A DNA stretch of 64,000 nucleotides. Origin: Thermoproteota archaeon. Lineage in GTDB: Archaea; Thermoproteota; Thermoprotei; Thermofilales; B9-G17. Every line of letters begins with the position of its first letter. Position 1 is the stretch's first letter. A program made the position numbers and the translations under genes. Positions 1 to 10,629 of this stretch are shown here, one piece after another. The stretch lies in assembly GCA_029258885.1 (NCBI GenBank), contig JAPDJW010000003.1, positions 98,718 through 162,717 of the forward strand, in the 5' to 3' direction. The notes under the pieces were generated by a model, which did no database searches, was not told the DNA's origin, and saw only the letters and a list, made by a program, of their open reading frames with translations.

Positions 1-1228
1 GTACAAGCTTCTTAACCATGCTAACGATCTTGTTCCTCCAAAAGCCTGTATAAGGACACATCACAGCCATTGGGTGATCCATGAATCTATTATAGTGCTC
101 CTCATACAGTTCACCAGCAGAATTCTTAGTAGCATATTTATATGCCTTTTCATCTGTCCAGCTTTTACACGTTGTATCCCATAGTCTAGCATTAACGTAG
201 ATTATAGTTACGAAGCCCCTTTCACGTAGTTCCTTAACAGTTTCAATAAACTTATCCTCTCCATCTCTGGGAGGAAAGTATTCGGGGACGTTAACATCGT
301 AGGGATTTGAATGCCACCAGTGCCACATTAGACCTATTCTTCCGTAAGGGGCAAGGTGTCTAAATCTTATCGCTGGATCAGCGACTTTATCACATCTGCC
401 CCTATTCCAGATCCAACAAACAACTTCCTTAAGCCTCTCAGGAAAATCGTCTCTATTTATTATCTTGCCCCGCCTACACCACCACTGCTTTAAGCCCCAT
501 CTCCTATACTTATCCGCAGCATCCATCCAGTTGCCGTCAAAGGGCAGTATATGCATGCTATATGGAATCGTTAATAAGCTACTACCAATGCCTTCATCTG
601 GAGGAAAGTATGTAAAACACACACTCTTCCCTGAGGATATTCTTAGCTCCTTAACGTAGCCCTTGCTATCGTCAAGGAACGCTACTAATCCGCTTCTCCC
701 AATACTATAGCCGAAGAACTGCATTGATAGGGGAGACGGATACCTGTATTTTAAGTAGTGTTTCTTTAAGGTCTCCTGAGGCTTAAAGACTTCTATGCCT
801 TGATGATCAGGTATTATCAATGAGGCACTTAAACTATCGCTGTTTCCAAGATGGATAAAAGGATAAGATATTTCGCGTATCTCGAGACTGGGGGCTTTAG
901 TTACCATTAGCTTAAGCTTTACTCCTCCGTATTGGCTAGGGCTAAGGGAAGCTACTACCTCCTTGATTTCTTTAAATGGAAACTCTCTCCATTTTAAATA
1001 TACTATATCTCTCTCGTGTTCGCATGTAAAATATTCGGCGGATTTCGAATCTACGTCTTTTAGAGATTTTATCAGCCACAGCTCTTTTTCTTCGTCAATT
1101 CTAGATATAGTTACTTTCTTCTCTAGATCCTCTATAGCTCTAATGCATCCCCTATTACCTAGCTCAATACCTATTTTTCCGAACCTAAAAAATATATTAT
1201 TTGAATCTCTTTGAGCTGAATTTATCAA
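1..1228 (-). CDS. DUF6259-like putative glycoside hydrolase (partial, runs off left edge)
   Basis: Not in ORF track; manual translation gives an open frame from TTG 1228 (after GGAGG) with YRYPSPLSMQFFGY, FDGNWMDAADKYRRW, WHWWHSNPYDVNVPEYFPPRDG, YVNARLWD, AVMCPYTGFW. Confidence 0.7.
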   Translation of the reverse strand, partial: MINSAQRDSNNIFFRFGKIGIELGNRGCIRAIEDLEKKVTISRIDEEKELWLIKSLKDVDSKSAEYFTCEHERDIVYLKWREFPFKEIKEVVASLSPSQYGGVKLKLMVTKAPSLEIREISYPFIHLGNSDSLSASLIIPDHQGIEVFKPQETLKKHYLKYRYPSPLSMQFFGYSIGRSGLVAFLDDSKGYVKELRISSGKSVCFTYFPPDEGIGSSLLTIPYSMHILPFDGNWMDAADKYRRWGLKQWWCRRGKIINRDDFPERLKEVVCWIWNRGRCDKVADPAIRFRHLAPYGRIGLMWHWWHSNPYDVNVPEYFPPRDGEDKFIETVKELRERGFVTIIYVNARLWDTTCKSWTDEKAYKYATKNSAGELYEEHYNRFMDHPMAVMCPYTGFWRNKIVSMVKKLV

Positions 1229-4200
1229 TATATTCCCTCCTCATTTCAGGCTTTAGCGATCTCCAAACTAGAAGCTGCTTCCTAATGGCGTCTATAAAGT
1301 TCCTGCTTGATAACACCCACGTATCATATACTCCGCTAAGCCTTCTAAGCATAATATCTAGGAAGTGTCTATCCCCTCTCCTTATCACGGTTATAGTGGC
1401 CTTAGTTATTATCTTAGCCTCATAGGGGGCAAGCGATAAAACTATGTCAACTGAAGGAACCTCGGGATCGAACTTAACTTCCCTTATAATAAACTTCTCA
1501 ACGGTTTCCCTCTTATGAAGCTCGGCATATTCGTACAGGAATAGCAGTGCGCCGCCCGCCTCTAGGATGTTCGTGAATACGAATGGAAGAGGTATTTCCC
1601 ATTCATCGCCTCTTGGCTTTGTGGGGAGCTCCCACTTTCTAGCTAGGGATGGCGTTACAAGCCTAGCGGCCTTGTAAATCGGGTATATGGAGGGGATTAG
1701 GGTTGCTGCCATGGCGAAAATCATCGAGAAGAGCACGGCCATTGAGGTATAGTTTACTATGAATGTCTCTGGAAGTACGTTGAATGCCTTAAGTATGTGA
1801 TTGAAGAGTAGGCCTAGCGTGTATCCCACTAGCGTCGATATGAAGGCGAAAACTAATAACTCGCCTAAGAATAGGAAAATGACGCCGGACGGCGGAAGAC
1901 CTAAGGCTGAATAAATACTCATTTCCCTCTCCCTCATCTTGAGGACATTCAACATGCTGTTTAATATAGTGCCTGATCCGATCAGCAGAGGTATTAGTAT
2001 GAATGCAAGCCCCCTAAACTCGTAGGCCGGAAGCCTAGAGAACAGCGAGACCTTGCCATTATAGCTATAGTATACTTCAAGATCTAGGCTCATTGCGATA
2101 GTTCTGGCGATATCCTCTCCCTCCTCCTTCAGGTATATAGATATGCTCGATACATGTCCACCAAGTCTTTTAACTAAATTATGAGGAAGTATTAGTACTT
2201 CGCTAGCTGATAGGGGTACATAGCTATCGGATCCTCCGGGAACCGATTTCTTGAGGGTTGCAACCATGAGATTTGGATTAAATGGCATAATGCTCTCCTG
2301 ATCGAGATCCAGGTAGCTGTTAATTACATCTGATGCAACTATGCCTACAACCTTAAGCTTCATACCCTGCCACCACACCCAGTCTCCAACGCTCACGTTA
2401 AGTTTCTCGGATACCTTATCCGCCAGGATACATGCATAGTAGTCGTACTCATCGAAGCCCCTGCCCTCTACGATGCTTGACCTGAACAATTCATTATATT
2501 TAAATTCACCCGGTGAGAGGCCTAGGGCAGCATATATCACAGTTTTCTTATCTTTTGCTTCCAAATATGCAAACACCTGGTCTCCAAATACGGATTGAGG
2601 ATAGTACCACAGTCTTGGAGCTACCGCGCCTCTATCGCCTACCATCGACCTAAGGTATTCTATTATTGAGTAGCTTAGAAAGTCCTTAGTAGTCTTCATC
2701 CCCTTTCTCATGTATATTCCGTTATACCTGGCTTCTACTGGGAGTTCGGTGCGCTTTAGCGTTACGAAGCTTTCAATTGAGGTTAGTGAAACCATGCTTA
2801 AAACGATGATTATTATTGTTAAGAATAATAATATGCTCAGGAACTTTCTCCTCCTAATATTTCCCATTGCAACGTGTACCGAGTGGATTATTATTGACGT
2901 TCTCTCCCTCTCAACTACGTGATGTTTAAGTATCTTCCTTCTGATCATTGATCCCATTTCTATTGCAGACTTCGTTAACACGATACCGACTATTCCGAAG
3001 AAGAGAAGGGTCGATAGGCCAAGGTAGGCGATCGGTATATTTGCTACAAGCCTAAGGCTTGGATGAAGGAAATAAAATATCACCAGGATGAGTGATGCGA
3101 TAATTAGTATTGTAAAAAGCCTTTTAAGTCCTTCAAACTGGAGGGTTATTCTCTCTATAAAGAATACGGATGGTATTAGTAGGAAGAAGAAGAATACGCT
3201 TATAATTGCGGGTTCATTAACTAGCCTCATGACCTCACTATAGTATACCATCCCAAGGCTCCACGAGGCTAGGGCATAAGCATATGCTTTACTATATTTC
3301 CTTTCCTTCAGACTGGCTAGGCATAGGCTATGATACTCTTCCATGGCCTTTATGTTCTCCTCTAAAGCTATGTTCTCGATCATATTCTTCTTTAGGTTAG
3401 AGTATCTGGTTGAGATTATTGTGGCTATGTCGTTGGAGGCATTAATTGCTGAGAGTATTATCTCAGCGCCTCTCTGAACCTTATAGCCGTAGCCGTCTGG
3501 ATGAAGCTGTGACGAATTAATAAGAACTACTGAAGTTCTCTTTTCAGGTCCTACCTTCAATATAAGTGCAAACCTTGAACCCGGAGGCGTGAATATAGTC
3601 GCTATTCCCTCGCTGGGTACATAGACGAAGCCATACCTTATGAACTCGCTTAGGGTGGAGACATCGTATATCATAATCGTTGGAACCATATTTACCCATG
3701 GAGTATTAAGGAATCTAGAATCTAAAAGCACGGGCTCGGATATTCTGGATATATCGTAAAGATCAATGATTGTTGCCGAAGCGCAGGAGAAGACTACCGT
3801 TGTAAGCTGGTATGGATGTGAATCCACTAGACTCCAGAATAGTATTGATTTCGAGCCATACTGACCTAGATCGGGGGCCTTAACTATGAGGCCTGTATTC
3901 CCATCTAGAAGGTATGCTTCGGTATAATATCCTATACCTTCCTTCTGCAGTATTTGTACTCCGCCAGCTCCCCAAAGCACGGTCCCGCCTATGGCTGAGC
4001 CTACTCCTAGACCATGCACGACAAACCCGCCGGTTTCATTACATTTAACTATGATGTGCATGAAGGGGTATGTTGAGCTTGGACTCCTTGTAACCACTGC
4101 AAGGGCATATGGAACTCTGTCGTACCAGTTCTTAGTGTAATTAAATTCTAGTACCTTACCGTAGGCTGTTATAAACCCTGCTAGCTCGCCAGCCGGGCTA

Positions 4201-5648
4201 TAGAATATTCTACTGGGCTTAACCATGCTCCAGTCAACGGAGAATTCGGGATCGTTCACAAAGCCATAAATTATTGCCGATGAAGCTAATGCTTGAATCC
4301 TAATATTCTCAAGATTGACGTATTTGATATCGCTCTTAGGAGTACCCCATCTATGTCTCAGTGAACCGCAGGTTCTAAGTGCAAGCCCCATTCCATGGGC
4401 CATGGTAACGGGCTCTATATCCAGCATAAATGGCCCAGAGATATCATCCCACCATCCCTCAACCACTAAGCCGTTCTCCACTATACTCCCTAAATCTACG
4501 CCCAGCTGAGCCGATGCATCCTTAAGGTATTTATCGAAAACGTTTGGTATAACGTATTTCTGATACTTACTTAGAACTTGAACGCTACCATAATCGTAGA
4601 AGTATCCTCTATAAGTTAATAATAGCCTATTATTATCCGACGATAGATCCAAGCCTACTACTACAAGTAGCTTCCTCTCACCACTAATTATATCTTCAGA
4701 ACCAAAGATAGCTTTCTCCATAAACTCCCTTGCGCCAGCAAGTGCCTGCCAGTGTCCCGAAACGAATACTAACCATAAGGTTCTCAGTGGTCTATTTTTA
4801 GAGAAGTATTCAGCTAAAAGGAGGAGTAGTGAGGGCGAAGTAGCTTCGTCCGCCCCAGGAGCTATAGCTGGGACAACAGACCAAGTATCGTAGTGTGCAA
4901 TAACTGCTACTATCTCATCCTTCCTCTCACCCTCTATCTCCGCAACTATAATACTTGACTTTACAATTTCATAGTCCATGTTCACGTGTATCCTAATTAC
5001 CGAGTGATTTTCAGCTAACTGCTTAAGTAAAGCTCCTGTTTCACGATCAACATATAATCTGGGGAAGTACACGGGGGCTGAGGATATCTTAGCTATAGCC
5101 TCCGGATAGCTGGTTTCATCAGGCTCTATAAATATAACCCCCCTGGCGCCAAACCTTAGCAGGTTTATCCAATTCTTTCCAGAGTTGAATTCAATCAGGG
5201 CTATGGAACCATATATATCCTTGTCGTCCAAATCCTCTAAATCCCCATCCCCAACATAGACAAGCCGTCCCTCAATTCCGGTTGGAGGAGTTTTACATGT
5301 CTGAACGTAGTTAGGCCAAAGAGCATAGGCGTTAAGCCTTAGACTTACGGGTTCAATAACTTCTATGTAAGAGCTCCTGTCAAGCGGCACCGTAACCTCG
5401 TATTCAATGATCCTATAACTCACGTTTATTTCCTTAAGTCGACTTACTATGAAGTTAGCTGCATCATTGCATCCACTGTACCCCGTAACCCTTGAGCCAA
5501 AGCTGGATAGCTTCTCAATATATTCTTTTAGCTTATTTACGTCGATACTATTGGCTAAACCTTCATAATCCATGGGTGGTGTTGCCTTAACATATGCTTG
5601 TAGGGCAAGTAAAAGTATTAGTAGCATTAGAGCTATTCTTGCCTTCAT
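1197..5648 (-). CDS. M28-peptidase-like/PA domain fused to MacB/FtsX-like permease
   Basis: Signal peptide MKARIALMLL (ATG 5648, in frame with track ORF), AHYD...PGADE, PA insert GRLVYVGDG, central TM bundle, C-terminal FtsX motif REREMSIYSALGL. Confidence 0.8.
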   Translation of the reverse strand: MKARIALMLLILLLALQAYVKATPPMDYEGLANSIDVNKLKEYIEKLSSFGSRVTGYSGCNDAANFIVSRLKEINVSYRIIEYEVTVPLDRSSYIEVIEPVSLRLNAYALWPNYVQTCKTPPTGIEGRLVYVGDGDLEDLDDKDIYGSIALIEFNSGKNWINLLRFGARGVIFIEPDETSYPEAIAKISSAPVYFPRLYVDRETGALLKQLAENHSVIRIHVNMDYEIVKSSIIVAEIEGERKDEIVAVIAHYDTWSVVPAIAPGADEATSPSLLLLLAEYFSKNRPLRTLWLVFVSGHWQALAGAREFMEKAIFGSEDIISGERKLLVVVGLDLSSDNNRLLLTYRGYFYDYGSVQVLSKYQKYVIPNVFDKYLKDASAQLGVDLGSIVENGLVVEGWWDDISGPFMLDIEPVTMAHGMGLALRTCGSLRHRWGTPKSDIKYVNLENIRIQALASSAIIYGFVNDPEFSVDWSMVKPSRIFYSPAGELAGFITAYGKVLEFNYTKNWYDRVPYALAVVTRSPSSTYPFMHIIVKCNETGGFVVHGLGVGSAIGGTVLWGAGGVQILQKEGIGYYTEAYLLDGNTGLIVKAPDLGQYGSKSILFWSLVDSHPYQLTTVVFSCASATIIDLYDISRISEPVLLDSRFLNTPWVNMVPTIMIYDVSTLSEFIRYGFVYVPSEGIATIFTPPGSRFALILKVGPEKRTSVVLINSSQLHPDGYGYKVQRGAEIILSAINASNDIATIISTRYSNLKKNMIENIALEENIKAMEEYHSLCLASLKERKYSKAYAYALASWSLGMVYYSEVMRLVNEPAIISVFFFFLLIPSVFFIERITLQFEGLKRLFTILIIASLILVIFYFLHPSLRLVANIPIAYLGLSTLLFFGIVGIVLTKSAIEMGSMIRRKILKHHVVERERTSIIIHSVHVAMGNIRRRKFLSILLFLTIIIIVLSMVSLTSIESFVTLKRTELPVEARYNGIYMRKGMKTTKDFLSYSIIEYLRSMVGDRGAVAPRLWYYPQSVFGDQVFAYLEAKDKKTVIYAALGLSPGEFKYNELFRSSIVEGRGFDEYDYYACILADKVSEKLNVSVGDWVWWQGMKLKVVGIVASDVINSYLDLDQESIMPFNPNLMVATLKKSVPGGSDSYVPLSASEVLILPHNLVKRLGGHVSSISIYLKEEGEDIARTIAMSLDLEVYYSYNGKVSLFSRLPAYEFRGLAFILIPLLIGSGTILNSMLNVLKMREREMSIYSALGLPPSGVIFLFLGELLVFAFISTLVGYTLGLLFNHILKAFNVLPETFIVNYTSMAVLFSMIFAMAATLIPSIYPIYKAARLVTPSLARKWELPTKPRGDEWEIPLPFVFTNILEAGGALLFLYEYAELHKRETVEKFIIREVKFDPEVPSVDIVLSLAPYEAKIITKATITVIRRGDRHFLDIMLRRLSGVYDTWVLSSRNFIDAIRKQLLVWRSLKPEMRREYIDKFSSKRFK

Positions 5649-5704
5649 TGATCGACACCTGATATATTTATCTGAGAACATATTAATTTGTATGTTCATA
5701 ATCG

Positions 5705-7672
5705 TCACCAGGGAAGTATCCAGGTAGCCTTAGACAACATAACGATCGACGTGGCTATGCCCACTACGACTGCTTCGCCTGTAGCTACTCCAGCTACTAT
5801 AACGCCTCTATTCTTCCTCCACCAGTTCTCCCCGTACATTCTGGCCAGAAATCTGGCGATAATAGCGCCTATAATAAGACTTATCGAGTTTGCGGGCAGT
5901 ATATATGTCCCGGCGACGAGGCCGACTATGGAGAAGGGGAAGTTAAGGATTCTACTTAAAGTATCCCCGATAAACGCTACAGCTAACACCAGTATGAAGG
6001 AGTACAATATGGTGTCAACCTTCACTCCTATCTGTCTGCTAATCCACAACGCGCTTGTAGCTACGCTTACAGGCCACTGTATGTTCGTGAATGGGTATAG
6101 CGACGAGGGTATTGGAGCTATGCTCCAGAAGAAGGATACGTATATGAAGCTAAATACCGTATAGAGTACGACGGCCGTAAAATATGCCTTAAAGAAGTCC
6201 TCGGGCCTTGTCTCTGTTAGGAAGGCTGCCTTTATGGTGTTTCCCCATTGGGGCGAAGCTGTGAAAGGTAGGCCAAGCTGGGATACTGTCGGAGTTAAAC
6301 CGCTGAACATGGGGGAGAAGAGCCATGCATCCACCTTAGGATATCCTGAGCCAATTACGGCAAGCTGCCATATATAGGGTATCGATATCGGATAGCCTGA
6401 TTCAGCTATGCTTCTTGAAGCAACCAGCGAGTAGGTGAATCCTCCCCCTATAGCGATTAAGATCGCCAGCCATAGGGGGAAGTCGGGTACTATTAGATGA
6501 AACAGCAGTATTGATCCCAGAGATCCTGCTAAATAGAGCGTAGCTAGCGTTTTCAGACTTATATATCCCTTCCTTAAGACGTCAGTCCTAAGTCTGGATA
6601 GGCTCTTAAATGCCGATACAATGCTTCTTCTACTCTTAAATATTGAGAACACGGCTACCGCTAGTGCAAAGCCTATAAATGGAGTTATCCATACCCTGAG
6701 GAAGGATCTTTGGTAAACGGTTGATATGGTCATGCCTCTTGCCCATTCAATAGCCCATTCCTTAAAGTAATTAGCTAAGTAAGTTCTAGTTAGATAATTG
6801 CCGAAAACCCATACAGCTATTGATCCTATAAACATATAGACCACGGTGTGGAATGGAATTAAGAATGCTCCAGTAAATGTTAGAGGATCTGTTGCGAGGC
6901 CTAAGATAGCGCCCGGAAGGATATTTTCGATCCCAAAGGGGCCAGTAGTCAAATCGAGCCATGGAATTGGTATTACAACAATTCGGGTATTAAATAGACC
7001 TAACGAAATCGTCGGAACCCCATAGAGTATTATCGAATATATGGCGCCTAAAATAGCACTTGTTGTGAATATTCTCATCCTATCCTCCTCTCTCTCAGCT
7101 AATGTAATGCACATCTGGGCTGGAAACTCGGCAAAGGGATAGGGTAGCTTCTCTTCCTCTATGAAGATGTAGGCCATTATGTATGCTAACGCAACTTCCT
7201 GAATAAGCCATAAAAATATCTGAACCAAATATAGTGAGACTGGTATTATCCACTTTGAATTAAGAAAGCTTCTAACGGCTGTAGCTGGTAGTCTGGGAAC
7301 CCACCATTCAGGAATTACTTCACTTAGAGGTTTTCCAGAATAAGGATCGTAGAAGGACTTCGATATGGGCGAAGTGAAGAAGTAAAATCTATAGACGAAC
7401 TCTAAAAATGGAGCTCCTAAGAGAACTGGCGCTGCGGCCTGATATATTATGAATATCTCCTGCTTAGTTAGGGGCTTATCCATAAGCCTCGAAATTTCTG
7501 TAAAAAGTATTGCGGTTATGTATGTTATAGCGCTTGCTAGGATAGCACCTGAAGTAAGCTGAATATATATCGATACCGGGAGTAGGAGTGAAGCTGCAAC
7601 AAATATCGCAAGAAAAGATCTAAATGTATATCCTTTTTTTAAAACATATTCTTCACTCACATAATCACCCAT
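5705..7672 (-). CDS. OPT-superfamily-like peptide transporter
   Basis: 655 aa, many TM helices, EEEKLPYPFA motif, C-terminal AGVATGE. Confidence 0.7.
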   Translation of the reverse strand: MGDYVSEEYVLKKGYTFRSFLAIFVAASLLLPVSIYIQLTSGAILASAITYITAILFTEISRLMDKPLTKQEIFIIYQAAAPVLLGAPFLEFVYRFYFFTSPISKSFYDPYSGKPLSEVIPEWWVPRLPATAVRSFLNSKWIIPVSLYLVQIFLWLIQEVALAYIMAYIFIEEEKLPYPFAEFPAQMCITLAEREEDRMRIFTTSAILGAIYSIILYGVPTISLGLFNTRIVVIPIPWLDLTTGPFGIENILPGAILGLATDPLTFTGAFLIPFHTVVYMFIGSIAVWVFGNYLTRTYLANYFKEWAIEWARGMTISTVYQRSFLRVWITPFIGFALAVAVFSIFKSRRSIVSAFKSLSRLRTDVLRKGYISLKTLATLYLAGSLGSILLFHLIVPDFPLWLAILIAIGGGFTYSLVASRSIAESGYPISIPYIWQLAVIGSGYPKVDAWLFSPMFSGLTPTVSQLGLPFTASPQWGNTIKAAFLTETRPEDFFKAYFTAVVLYTVFSFIYVSFFWSIAPIPSSLYPFTNIQWPVSVATSALWISRQIGVKVDTILYSFILVLAVAFIGDTLSRILNFPFSIVGLVAGTYILPANSISLIIGAIIARFLARMYGENWWRKNRGVIVAGVATGEAVVVGIATSIVMLSKATWILPW

Positions 7673-7719
7673 TTACTACATAAAAATAAAAAGAAGGAGG
7701 GTTTGATATCTTTAGCTAT

Positions 7720-9732
7720 CTACATGAGCTTAGGCAGACCTATCATGAATGTTGCTAGGAACGCTACTAGGGAGGCGTTTACTCCGTAGCCTACTAGGTA
7801 TCCGATTATAAACGGTGTAGCCTTCTCTTCAAACAGTTTTGATCCTCCAATTCTAAGTATTATATATTTGATTATTAGTGAGAATATTGGCGGTATCCAA
7901 ACCCATGTTGTAGTTGGTAATATTAGGAATGCCAATGGATCTATGAAGAACCACGCAAACTTTGTCCTAAGGAAGTAGAGTATGAAGGTAATTATTATTC
8001 CGCCTATCATTAGACCATATCTCTCAGCCGGATCGAATGCTAATATTGTTGGAGTCCCCTTAACCCATGAATATACTTCAGGCGATACCCACATATAGAA
8101 GGGTGGGCCTGGGGGTCCATTGTTAGCTAAACCTCCGATTGCGTGGTACCACCATATAACTAGCGGTGTAGTTATGATTGCAGCGGATATAATGGTTATC
8201 ACTGCGGTGAAGAATAAGTCTCTTCCAAGAGTGTTTGTTGTGGGGCCGAGCCTATATATCTTAAACTGGTGGTGCATTGTAAGGTTGCTTATTCTCTGCC
8301 CGGTGTTAGCTGCACCAGTTACTAAGGTGAATGTAACTAATGCCGTCTGGTTTTCAGCTGGTGGAACTGGAGGCCATGCACCCATTATTGCGCCAGCATC
8401 ATATCTAAACCAGTTAAAGGCATGCCCATAGGGCATGAACTCGAAAGATACTCCCATAAGCCTTGTCCATCCATATAGCATTAGTATGTGGAGTATCATG
8501 AATACAAGTACTACTAGGAATGGAACACCGCTACCTAGTAAGAATATTAGGAACAATATTGATATAGCTACTGTGCCGACTGATAGCAGCCTATATGATA
8601 AGCCGCTGTCCTCCATTTTAGCATACTCCTTATCCCATAAGGCCCTAAGTATATTCAGGAAGTGTTCCCTGTGGTTATAGACGACCCACAGACCTACGCC
8701 GAGACCTATACCCCAGATACAGAATAGGTGCCACTTAAATGGACCATATCTTAAACCATAGTACGCGGCATTTGTCTCTACGCCCGGGCTATAGGGTAGT
8801 ATTCCCGTGGTAACTCCTACTACTGGATATAGCACTGCGAATATAAACCAGCCTATAATAATTGTTATCAAGAAGTCAGTTGGCGTAAACATCCATATTA
8901 GAATGTCAGTAACTCTAACGTTTCCATAGAAGAAGGCTCCCGGAAGTATACCCTTAGTATAGGGAGTTAAGTCGATTGTGTAAACGCCCAGATAGGCGGA
9001 AGAAGGTACGGTAGGTATGAAGTATCTTAGGGTATCTAAGAAGGTCATTAGGAATCCGAGCACGAAAGCAACCCAGAATATCTTAGTAGCCGTATTCTTA
9101 AAGTTAAATAGCCAAACCTTACCGTCAACCTCCTTAGTAGCATATTCTATTAGGTAGACGCCTGGAAGTATGCCGGGGAACGGAAGCTGCTCAACCTCTA
9201 TCAGCGGTTTTCTAAGCCAGTATCCCCAGAATGTCTCGAACAACATGTAGAGTATAAGGAATAGAGTCCAGTAGATTATATGTGGCATCCATGCGCCCCA
9301 GTCCAGGTATCCGCCATTCCAGAAGTTTTCTAATGCAGTGCCGCTTGGAGAGAAGTATGGTGGTATCATATCCCATACATCCTTAAATGCCTCAGTATGC
9401 CTCATATAAACTGGAATAAGCTGAGCCCAACTGGGTATCTGGCAGGTGCTATAGGCGCCTGACATATATACTCCATATGTGAATGTGTTAGCTACCAGGA
9501 AGAAGAGGGCGAAGAGTATAGCGTACTCTTGAGGAGCTAGTTTAATCTTATTCCTCAGTAGGTAGAGTATCACTATTACGACTATGAAGGGTGGAGGGAA
9601 CCATACCCTATAAGCCCACCATAGTGTAAGCGATGAGTTAATAATTGACTGGAAGAAGTTTAGTAGTACGACAATGGGTATCAGTACAATTATCCATGGT
9701 TTAAGATAACTCCTTCTAACTTCCTCTCCCAT
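7720..9732 (-). CDS. DUF6785/DUF6784-type OPT-like membrane protein
   Basis: Multi-TM, DWGAWMP, EVEQLPFP, LRTKFAWFFIDPL, ILRIGGSKLFEEKATPFIIG; ATG 9732 chosen over TTG 9744. Confidence 0.65.
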   Translation of the reverse strand: MGEEVRRSYLKPWIIVLIPIVVLLNFFQSIINSSLTLWWAYRVWFPPPFIVVIVILYLLRNKIKLAPQEYAILFALFFLVANTFTYGVYMSGAYSTCQIPSWAQLIPVYMRHTEAFKDVWDMIPPYFSPSGTALENFWNGGYLDWGAWMPHIIYWTLFLILYMLFETFWGYWLRKPLIEVEQLPFPGILPGVYLIEYATKEVDGKVWLFNFKNTATKIFWVAFVLGFLMTFLDTLRYFIPTVPSSAYLGVYTIDLTPYTKGILPGAFFYGNVRVTDILIWMFTPTDFLITIIIGWFIFAVLYPVVGVTTGILPYSPGVETNAAYYGLRYGPFKWHLFCIWGIGLGVGLWVVYNHREHFLNILRALWDKEYAKMEDSGLSYRLLSVGTVAISILFLIFLLGSGVPFLVVLVFMILHILMLYGWTRLMGVSFEFMPYGHAFNWFRYDAGAIMGAWPPVPPAENQTALVTFTLVTGAANTGQRISNLTMHHQFKIYRLGPTTNTLGRDLFFTAVITIISAAIITTPLVIWWYHAIGGLANNGPPGPPFYMWVSPEVYSWVKGTPTILAFDPAERYGLMIGGIIITFILYFLRTKFAWFFIDPLAFLILPTTTWVWIPPIFSLIIKYIILRIGGSKLFEEKATPFIIGYLVGYGVNASLVAFLATFMIGLPKLM

Positions 9733-9902
9733 AAGAAACACCAATGTAAAATAAAATTTTAAGTATTTAAGTTTGGATATTTTTATTAATCAAAAAATTT
9801 TTTTAAAATTTAAAAATATTTATATTCAAGAAAATAATATAAAATATGGTTTTAAATTTGCTTTAGAATAAAGATTTAGCATTAACTTGGAATTCTATTA
9901 TT

Positions 9903-10013
9903 GAGAAGCACTACGGGATAGATAAGGGGAAGGATTTCAGGCTTCAGGAAGGAAGATCGCCTTGAGGACAGAGGATGACGTTGTAGTGGATACATATGCA
10001 TGGATAGAGTTTT
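9903..10013 (+). pseudogene. Remnant of a vapB-vapC junction
   Basis: EKHYGIDKGK-(frameshift)-SGFRKEDRLEDRG* overlapping MRTEDDVVVDTYAWIEF; resembles MFGVDKGRLKPFSARDRMEDRL / MILDTYAWVEYF at 55706-56304. Confidence 0.7.
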
Positions 10014-10153
10014 CAGTATGTAGTATATCGATATTGTTACTCTATAATTATGAATGCTAGGATTCGCTAACATTTGGTCCAGAGTCCTTGACTATTATAT
10101 CAATGACCTTAGAGTTATATTCAGCTTTACGTCTATAGCTATCGGTGGAGTGT

Positions 10154-10588
10154 ATGGAGTCTGATAAAACCTTTGAAGCTATTGCTCATCCATTAAGGAT
10201 AAAGATATTGAAGTTGCTGGCAGAGAGACCTATGAGTTTCTCCGAGTTAAAGAGGAGGCTTGGAATAAAGAGTAGCGGTAAGCTGGATTTCCACTTGAAG
10301 AAACTAGACAACTTAATAGTTTTAGATGAAGATGGAAAATACACGTTGACTAGAGAGGGCTATGCGGCACTACAGGCTATTATCACAATTAAAAGGTATG
10401 GATGGCAGAAGAGAGCCTTCATATTAAATACAGCAGTCTACATTGCGGTTATGATCTATACAGAGTGTGTTATAGTGTGGAGAGGATTTAGCCCGCTATA
10501 CGTTGCTGTAATGGTGCTTACATCACTCTGGTACGTATACTACTTCTATGTATCTATTGTGAAGAGGAAGGTCTTTAAAGTATGTTAG
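10154..10588 (+). CDS. ArsR-family wHTH regulator with two C-terminal TM helices
   Basis: FEAIAHPLRIKILKLL...LDFHLKKL followed by hydrophobic segments. Confidence 0.85.
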   Translation: MESDKTFEAIAHPLRIKILKLLAERPMSFSELKRRLGIKSSGKLDFHLKKLDNLIVLDEDGKYTLTREGYAALQAIITIKRYGWQKRAFILNTAVYIAVMIYTECVIVWRGFSPLYVAVMVLTSLWYVYYFYVSIVKRKVFKVC

Positions 10589-10629
10589 GGGGCGAGTTTT
10601 CGTAGGCTGATGAAGGGGGTGCTGGAGGC

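Noticed and set aside
465-8680. Short plus-strand ORFs in the track
   Set aside because: Antisense shadows of the long minus-strand operon with no motifs
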